From the human T2T-CHM13v2.0 reference genome, Homo sapiens, in NCBI RefSeq assembly GCF_009914755.1, contig NC_060933.1: a stretch of 64,000 nucleotides of DNA, one strand, 5' to 3'. Every line of letters starts with the position of its first letter. The stretch's first letter is position 1. Positions 52,101 to 64,000 of the stretch are shown here, piece after piece. The notes below the pieces were generated by a model that searched no databases, was not told the origin of the DNA, and was given only the letters and a program-made list of their open reading frames with translations. The position numbers were made by a program, and so were the translations under genes.

Positions 52101-54610
52101 CAAAATTGTGTTAGAAGTTCTAGCTATAGTAATTATGTAAGAAAAAATAAAACATATTCAAACCTTAAAATATGAAGTAAAGTGATTGTATTAACAGATG
52201 ACATGATTCTATATTTAGAAAATCTAAATGAATTAACAGAAGAGCTACTAGGGCTAACACATAAATTCAGCAATGTTGTAATGTTAAGACCAACGCGCAA
52301 ATATCAGTTGTTATTCTATATACAAGCAATAAACATTTCAAGAAGGAAATTAAGAAAACAAGTCAATTTTTTTAGCATCCAAAATAATAAAATACCCAGG
52401 AAGAAATGAAAACTATAAAACAATGGTGAAAGAAATTGAAGACTAAAATGAATGAAAATGCATTCAATACTCATGTATTAGAAGATTTAATATTGTCAAG
52501 AAATGAAAGAAAATTCATTCCATGTTCATGTACTGGAAGATTTAATATTGTCAAGATATCAATATTACTCAAAGCAAGCTACAGACTCAATGCAATCTAT
52601 GTTTCAATGGCCTCTTTTTTTTCTTGCAGAAATAGAAAAGCCAATCCTCAAATTCATATGGAATTATATATGTCCCCAAATAACCAAAACAATCTTGAAA
52701 AAGAAGAACAAAGTTGGAGGACTCATGTTTCCTGATTTCAAATCTCACTACAAAGCTTAAGCAATCAAAACAGTGTAGTACAGTCATAAGGATAGACACA
52801 AAGGCCAAATGAGATAGAATTGAGGGTCCAGAAATAAATCCATATATCTATGGCCATTTGATTTTCAACAAGGGTGCCAAAGCAATTTAAAAGAGGAAAG
52901 AATAGTTTCTTTAACAAATAATGCTGGAACAACTTGATATCCACCTGAAAGAATGAGAGAAAATACTTACAAGTAGTATATCTGATAAGGGTCTAACATC
53001 CAGTATATATAAATAAGTCAACTCAACCACAAAAAGACTAACAACACATTTTTAAAATGGGCATGTAATTTGAGTAGACATTTCTTCAAAGAAGATATAT
53101 AAATGGTCATCAAGTAAATAAAGTGATAATGACGTTCAATATAATTTGTCATTAGAGAAATGAAAATCAAAATCACAATAAGGTATCATTTTATTGGTAC
53201 CACTAGGATAACCATAATAAAAAAAGGAAAAGAAAAAAAAGTTGACAGGGATGTGGAGAAATTGGTCCCCTCAAACGTTTCTTGTGGAACTGTATAATAA
53301 TTTAATCACCATGATCTGTCATTTCCTTAAAAATATAAATATACAATTACTATATAAACTTGTAATTCTCTTACTAGGTATATATTCAAATAAACTGAAA
53401 GAGGTACTCAAACAAGTACATATAAATATATGTTTACAGCAACACTACTCATCACAGCCAAAAGGTGAAAACAGTTCATATGTCCACTAACAAATGAATA
53501 GATTTAAAAATTATGGTATATACATACAATATAATATTACTCATTCACAGAAAAAGATGAAGTATTCATACATGCAACAATGTGGGTGGGTCTGCAAATA
53601 TTATGCTAAATGGAAAAACTAGGCACAATTTTTATAATTCCTTTATATGAAATATTCATAATAGATAAATCCATAGAGACAGAAAGCAGATTGGTGGTTG
53701 CCAGGGCATGGAGGAGGGAGGAAATGGGGTAAAACTGATTAATGAATAAGAGATTTTACTTTGGAATGATGGAAATATTTTTGAACTTGATGGAAGTGAT
53801 AGTTGCATGACTTCATGAATATACTATAGGCAATTGAATTATTCACTTTAGTTAATTTTGTGTTATTTGAATTTCACCTTCATAAACTCTTTTCTTCAAA
53901 TACATTTATTTGTTTATATTAACATAAAATAACTAAAATTAAATTTTTAAGTACCATTTACAATTGCATCAAAATTATGAAATACTTAAGGGATACATTT
54001 AACAACATATGTACAAGGACTGTACTTTGAAATCTACAAAACTGCTGAAAGAAATTAAAGAAGACCTAAGTAAACAGAGAGATATACCATGTTCATGAGG
54101 AGAAAACACAATTCATTAAGAAAACATTTCAACAATTCTTGTCAAATAGATTCAAAACAATCCCAAACAAAATCCTAGCAGGAGTTGTTGTAGAAACAGA
54201 CATGCTGATAATAAAATGTATGTGGAAATGTAAGTAACATGGAATAGTCAAAAATGTTATTGAAATGAACAATACAATTGGACATCTTACCCTACTTGTT
54301 TTCAAGACTTACTATAAACTGTGGTTTAGGATAAGAAAAACATATAGATTATTACAATGAAATTGAAAGTCTAGAAATAGACATGTTTATATGTGATCAG
54401 TTTATTTTTAAGAAGGATGTCAAAGTAATTGAATGGTTGTATATTTGTCTTTTCAACAAACAGCAGAGAAACTGGAGATCTATTGAAAAAATTAACCCTT
54501 ATCTCACATTACATATAAAAATTAACTGGAAGTGCATTATATAGCCAAATCTGTTAAACATTTAGCTTTAAAGCTATAAAGCTCATAAAAATCATAGGAG
54601 AAAAAACCTC
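49150..54610 (+). mobile_element. Old L1M (L1MC/MD-like) ORF2 remnant with a nested L1MB-like element (~50790-53890)
   Basis: Endonuclease-region, RT ('atctgcagatgatatgatt') and 3' UTR landmarks. ORF2 restarts at about 50790. Host resumes at about 53950 and at 59195-60625. Confidence 0.8.
51238..51943 (+). mobile_element. L1PA4-like, 5'-truncated with 5' inversion
   Basis: Antisense 51238-51349, sense 51350-~51932. TSD AAAAGTACTCA(G)AAACTAG on both sides. Confidence 0.92.
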
Positions 54611-55072
54611 TTTTTAACAGTTACTTTATTAAAAATAGAGTTAAGTCATTAGATGATGTGCTCTATTTAAACTCTCAATTGTCTATGCATGGATCAGAGG
54701 GACTACCATTTACCTTTCTTAATTTTAATTTTTTATTTCAATAGGTCTTTGGGCAACAGGTGGTGTTTGGTTACATGGATAAGTTCTTTAGTGGCAATTT
54801 CTGAGATTTTGGTGCACCCCTCACCTGAACAGTGTACACTCTACTCAATGTGTAGACTTTTATCCCTCACCCACTCCCACCCTTTCTCCTGAGTCCTCAC
54901 AGTTTGTTGTATCATATTTATGCCTTTGTATCCTCATAGCTTAGCTCCCACTTATAAGTGAGAGCATATGATGTTTGGTTTTTTATTCCTGAGTTTTTAT
55001 ACTTAGAGTGATGGTCTCTAGTTCCATCCAGGTTACTGAATATGTCATTATTTCATTACTTTATATTCCATG

Positions 55073-55078
55073 GTGTGT

Positions 55079-55117
<39 letters not shown>

Positions 55118-55132
55118 TGTGTGTGTGTGTGT
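55073..55132. repeat. (TG)n microsatellite within L1PB
   Basis: Interrupted TG run. Confidence 0.95.
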
Positions 55133-55133
55133 A

Positions 55134-58490
<3,357 letters not shown>

Positions 58491-59402
58491 AATTATTGCA
58501 GGAGTAAGGTGGTATAGCATTGTTGTTTTGATTTGCATTTCCCTGATCATTAGTGATGCTGAGCTTTTTTTTCATATGTTTGTTGGCCATTTGTACATCT
58601 TCTTTAGTGAACTGTCTATTAATAACCTTAGCCCACTTTTTGTTGCCATTGTTTGTATTTTTCTTGCTGATTTATTTGAGTTTCTCATAGATTCTGAATA
58701 TTAGCCCTTTTTCGGATGCATATTTTGCAAAGATTTTCTCCCATTCTGTGAGTTGTCTGTTTACTGATTTTTTTTTTCTTTTCTGTACGGAAGCTTTTTA
58801 GTTTAATTAAGCTCCATCTTTGTTTTTCGTTGCATTTGCTTTTGGGTTCCTGGTCACAAAGTCTTTTCCTAAGCCAATGTCTAGAAGGGTTTTTCTGATG
58901 TTATATTCTAGAATTTTTTATGATTCAGGTCTTAGATTTCAGTTTTTGATGCATCTTGAGTTGATTTTTGCATAAGGTGGGAGATAATCCAGTTTCATTC
59001 TTCTACATGTGGCTTGCCAATGATCCCAGCACCATTTGTTGAATGGGAAGTCTTTTCCCCACTGTATGTTTTTATTTGTTTTGTCAAAGATCAGTTGGCT
59101 GTAATAATTTGGCTTTATTTCAGGGTTCTCTATTCTGTTCCATTGGTCTATGTGCCTATTTTTATACCAGTACCATACTATTTTGGTGATTATAGTGAGA
59201 AAAATCTTCCTGCTACTTGTTTAGACAAATATTTCTTAGAAAGGATGCATAATCATGAACTGAAAACTTCAAAATGTCTAAGATGTATTTTACCAAAGTT
59301 AAAAATTTTGCTCCTTGAAAGACATTGTTAAGAAATAACAAAGGTAAGTCACAGAGTAGACTGAAAGAAAAAATTTACAAACCATACATCTGATTAAGGG
59401 TT

Positions 59403-59481
59403 TATATTATATATGTATGCATATATACACATATATGTATACACACACACACACACACACACACATACATATATATATATA
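59403..59481. repeat. (TA)n/(CA)n compound microsatellite
   Basis: Read directly from the sequence. Confidence 0.9.
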
Positions 59482-60186
59482 CTTAAGGCTTAATAACAAG
59501 AAAACAAAAACTCCAAGTTAAAAAAAAATGTTACGGCCAAGGCACATGAAAAGATGTGCAATATCATTAGCCATTAGACAAATGCATATCAAAACCAGAA
59601 GATACCACTACATACATACCCAAATGGGTATCATTGGTTTAACCATCCCAAGTGTTGATGAGACTGTAGAACAACTGGAACTCTCAATCATTGCTGTGGG
59701 AACGCAAAATTGTAAGCTACTTTGGAAAGTAGTTTGATTTTTCTTACAAAATTAAATAAGTATTCACTATATAATCTAGCAATCCAATTCCTAGGTATTT
59801 ATGCAAGAAAGGTAGAAACCTATGTTGACAATAAAACCTGTACTAGAATGTTCACAGCAGTTGTTTTCCTTAATAGTTAAATGTAGGAAACAACCAAAAT
59901 ATCTATCAACTGATAAATGAACAAATAAATTATGTTATACCAACCAAATACTAATCAGCCATTAAAAGAAACGAACTATTAATACATTTATTATTAGTTT
60001 CAAAATTTCAAATTTTGGTTATTCTAAGGGTAAGTAGGCAGGCAAAAATTCCTCCATGCTATATAATTAAATTGTTAAGAAATTCTAGAAAAGTTAAAAC
60101 TAGAGTAACAGATAGCAAATTGATAGTTGTTATGAATCTTTGCCTGGCAGAGGTGTTTGCAAGAGAGCAATAAAATGCTCTATATC

Positions 60187-60494
60187 TTTTGTTGTTGTTG
60201 TTGCTCTGTCGCCCAGGCTGGAGTGCAATGTTGAGGTCTCTGCTCACTGCAACCTCCACCTCCCAGTTCAAGCGATTCTTGTGCCTCAGCGTCCCCGGGT
60301 GCAGGTGACTCTGGTGCCTCAGCCTCCTGAGTAGCTGGGATTACAGGCGTGTGCCACCACACCAGGCTAATTTTTGTATTTTTAGTAGAGATGGGTTTCG
60401 CCATGTTGGCCAGGCTGGTCTTGAACTCCTGACCTCAGGTGATCTGCCCACCTCGGCCTCCCAAAGTGCTGGGATTACAGGTGTGAGCCACCAC
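60187..60494 (-). mobile_element. AluS (Sz-like) with an internal ~33-bp tandem duplication
   Basis: 'gtgcctcagc' block occurs twice in the right monomer. Confidence 0.9.
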
Positions 60495-60639
60495 TTCTAC
60501 CCAACATTTCTTGACTTTGGTGGTGGTTACATAATTGTAGACATTTGCCAAAACTCAAAAAACTGTATACTTACAGTTGGTGAATTTTTTGGCATAAAAA
60601 TCCATCAGTCGAACTAGTTTTTAAAAGATATCAGAATAA

Positions 60640-61960
60640 TCACACTAAAAAATAACAATAAAAAACTTTATGGGGTCTCTACATATCCAGTTATAATTGA
60701 CTTGAGATACTCTCACACCTGTATTATCTCTTCAAATTCTAACTCTCTCCACTTCGGACTCAGAATCAACATGCTGTGGAACAATACCCTTAAAGATTTT
60801 TAGCTCTGTGGACTACCTGAGAAAGATTTAAATGTAACAACTTAAAAATGTCTGATGTCTTAATAATGGGTGATAAAACCACACCTTAGATTTGACCTTG
60901 ATCCCATCCTCACGTTTCACTGGAAGTATCCAGGTTATTACATTTGCCCCGAGGTCATATCTTACTTTCTAGTCATATGCCAGCGGGAGTAGATGAGAAT
61001 TAGATACAGTTCTATTTTCGAGTCCTGTAAATCCTAGGTTGGAAGTATTTTCTCTAAATTCTGATTGGGAAATGAACATCTCTTTCTTAACTGAGTCTCC
61101 ATTCTCATAATAGGCAGACAAAAGACCCAATTAATACTGTCAATATTCTTCCTGAAAATCTCGGCAAGATTCACAAGCTCATTGGGTCGATTTTTTCTTA
61201 AAATTTCAATTTTACTCTAAGTAATAATGTTTCTACTCATAACACCCATCACCCTTCCTGCAGCCCCCAAAGCAATTTCCACACTTCTGCACCATCCTCC
61301 ACTAAGAGTTTCATCACCCTCTGGCCTCCGCTTGCAGCCTGGTCCCAAAGCCAATGCCACGTATTTTATATTTTTGTCACGTTCACACTAATTTCTTTTC
61401 TTTTTTTTTTTTCCCAGTTATTTAGCCCTATCTAGCATTTCTCTTAACACTTAAGGACTTAAAAACAACTTTTTAAAAAAACACTTTTCTTATAATTTTG
61501 GGATCATCTTGTGGTTCTTCTGCTGCATATGGTGTTGACTGGAGTCAATAAATAAGGGTGCTTCCTTCAGTCAGGAGCTTGGCTGAGGCTATAACATTCC
61601 GGGGAAACACTTAAGTATCTGGGGCCCCAGCGCTGGCTGTCTGCTACAGAACCTCAGTTCTCATCTTCTGATCTCTCTTTCCTTCTCTCTCTTCTCTCTC
61701 CTCTCTCTCTCTCTCTCTCTCCTCATACCTACTTTTCTCTTATCATTCAGCAGTCCAGTAGTCGGCTCAGGCTCATTTACATAGCAAATGAGCAAAAGAG
61801 CAAGAAAGGCAGCAATTAAACGTCTTAAGGGACAAGCCCAGACTCTTTCAGCATCACGTCTGCTACATTTTATTGGCCAAAGAAGCTTACAAGTTTTAGC
61901 TTGTAAATTCAGGGATAGGGGAATTAGACTCCACTTTCTGATGCAAAGTGTTTTAAAGTT
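60640..61960 (-). mobile_element. MLT1 MaLR remnant: internal sequence (~60640-61390) plus 5' LTR (~61415-61960)
   Basis: 'ggtcccaaagccaatgccacgtattttatatttttgtcac' (start of MLT internal, antisense) adjoins an MLT1-like LTR 'cttaaaaacaac...cattttattggccaaagaag...gaattagactccac'. Confidence 0.55.
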
Positions 61961-61962
61961 TC

Positions 61963-62466
61963 TGCGGGGCTAAGTCTCAGAACCCCAGCACTGGAAAGTG
62001 TTCGTCTTGCAGGTTAGTAAGAATTATATGACGACAACAGTATAGGTTTGAAAAAGGAAAGTTTTATTAGAAAGAAAGAACACTGCAGAAGAGTGCAGCG
62101 GGATGCCTCAGCAAGAGAGGACTCAGTGTGTGGTGGTGGATTTTTCCTGAGGGGTATATATGGACCTTAAAGTGGGAGCTTGGGATAATTTAGACCATAT
62201 TAGCCACATAGGTCATGATAAATGATTACATTTGTAGACATTTTGGTGCCTTGATGTCAGCAAGGGTTGCACAGTTAGTTTCAACATGCGTGCATTCCAG
62301 AGATGTATAGAAATTCCAGTTAATTACACATTTTTGGGAAAGAAATCTGGAACCAGATGCCTGCTTTAGATAATAGGGAAGTCTAATTATTTCTAAATTC
62401 CTCAGATAAGGAATTTGCCTCTGGATGGTCTGCTTGATGGTCACCAGGTGATCTTTGCTCTCCTCA
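61963..62466 (-). mobile_element. ERV1 solo LTR (MER84-like)
   Basis: TG...CA ends, 504 bp, 5-bp TSD GTTTC (61958-61962 / 62467-62471). AATAAA on the minus strand at about 62063-62068. Confidence 0.8.
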
Positions 62467-63079
62467 GTTTCAGAGGATAGAGGAGTTCCTGGTGCCCATC
62501 TTTGGCGACAATCAATTATGCTATGTTATTCTTGAATTTTTCAGATATCATAGGCCAAAACTATTCATTCCCAAACCATTATTTTATTTTGGTACTTTTA
62601 GTTAGGCTTCCATAACTAGAGACTAGAAGGGATCTGATTAACACAAATATAGGAAGTGAATGTATGTGACAATTAGCTAAGAGTGGAAAGTAAGGTAAGA
62701 AAAAAAATTCTGAATAAGGGCCAACGCCAAATGAGAGATAATTATCTGGAACTATAAGTCTCCAAGCATGGTGTACTCTCTACAGGACCACAGTTTAAAT
62801 CCCAAAGAAGTGTCTGAAAGTACTCCATCTGGTTTTCCCAAAGCATTTTTTTAGGTCCTTGTTTCTACAGAATGCTTTTAAGTGATTCCATGAAAAAATG
62901 AATTTCATTACTTAAGGGCCAATCTGAACTTTTGATAGCTAATATGCACTATGAATCATAAAGCGTGATGTGTGTTACAACATCAACTGAATTCATTTTA
63001 ACACAGATTCCTTACTTCAGCATCTTGAGAAATGATGTTCCACTGGATATACTCTGGGGAGTTCTGGTATGGTTTGAGC

Positions 63080-63200
63080 TACTTATTTTAGAAATTAGGA
63101 ATCTGAAGCACAGAGTTTGAGTCACTTGCTTGTGGGAAGTAGGAGCAGAACTTGGGGCCTCTCACTAGGTTTCCAGTCTGAATCTTTTTTCTCCTAGTGG
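63080..63200 (-). mobile_element. MIR fragment
   Basis: 'ttttagaaattaggaatctgaagcacagagtttgagtcacttgc'. Confidence 0.6.
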
Positions 63201-63204
63201 CTGA

Positions 63205-63512
<308 letters not shown>

Positions 63513-64000
63513 TACTTTAAGTTTCTTAAGCCCTCTCCTTATTTACCCTTTCCACACCCAATCCATGATGTAGGAGTCTTCAACTCTGGAATGACACAAA
63601 AGTAGGCTCATGTGGGGTTGACATACATCAGTTATTGATGAGTGTCCTGTCGGAACCTGAGTAACAGGTTTCCTTGTTTGGAAACTTCATCATGCGATCA
63701 TTAAGAATCACATGAAATTAGTACCTCTCATTATCAAAGACCTTATGAGACAGGTTTCTTTCTGGAGCTAATTCTGATATTTCATAGATCATCACCTTCC
63801 ATATACTTTTTGGAAAAAATCTCCATTGTACCAAAACCAAACTTCAAAGCCTTCCTTTTCTTCCCATGAAAACATACACACATTTGAGCACCTACGTGTG
63901 TTTTCCAGACAACGTAAGTGCTTTGGACACATTCTCCTTGACCAACTTGGAGTTCTGGTCTTATATAAAAACATTCCACTCTTTCATGTTTTCCAGACAG

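Larger units (their letters stand above)
59195..60625 (+). mobile_element. Old L1M ORF2 end and 3' UTR (continuation of the 49-54.6 kb element)
   Basis: 'gcacatgaaaagatgtgcaatatcattagccattag', 'ctagcaatccaattcctaggtatt' and 'ggtggtggttacata...catttgccaaaactca'. Confidence 0.75.

Noticed and set aside
63970-64000. Splice acceptor 'ctttcatgttttccag' at the window end
   Set aside because: No downstream sequence is available to evaluate an exon.

Overview
This is AT-rich, CpG-poor, non-coding DNA from a simian primate. AluY, THE1C and L1PA4/5 point to human or ape. I see no recognisable host protein-coding exon, RNA gene or CpG island, so it is probably intergenic or deep intronic. Most of the window is transposon fossils: MIR, L2, MER DNA elements, MaLR/ERVL/ERV1 LTRs, about 11 Alu/FLAM copies, and nested L1 stacks at 30-34.5 kb and 49-60.6 kb. 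The ORF-track entries I can identify derive from Alu, L1, ERV-L or microsatellites. I find no evidence of a wholly new biological system. The main points of interest are: (1) a two-LTR ERV-L provirus remnant (23066-29662) holding an apparent ancient L1 3' transduction that ended at an MLT1 LTR poly(A) signal; (2) a 72-bp, 93%-identical inverted duplication and a 24-bp exact locally templated copy; (3) three 5'-inverted L1s, one of which creates an in-frame 290-aa RT/C-terminal chimera of two L1s; (4) a (GGAA)15 microsatellite; (5) a tail-to-tail inverted Alu pair; and (6) two dense TF-motif clusters in unique DNA. Subfamily names come from recalled consensus sequences, and boundaries of old repeats are approximate.
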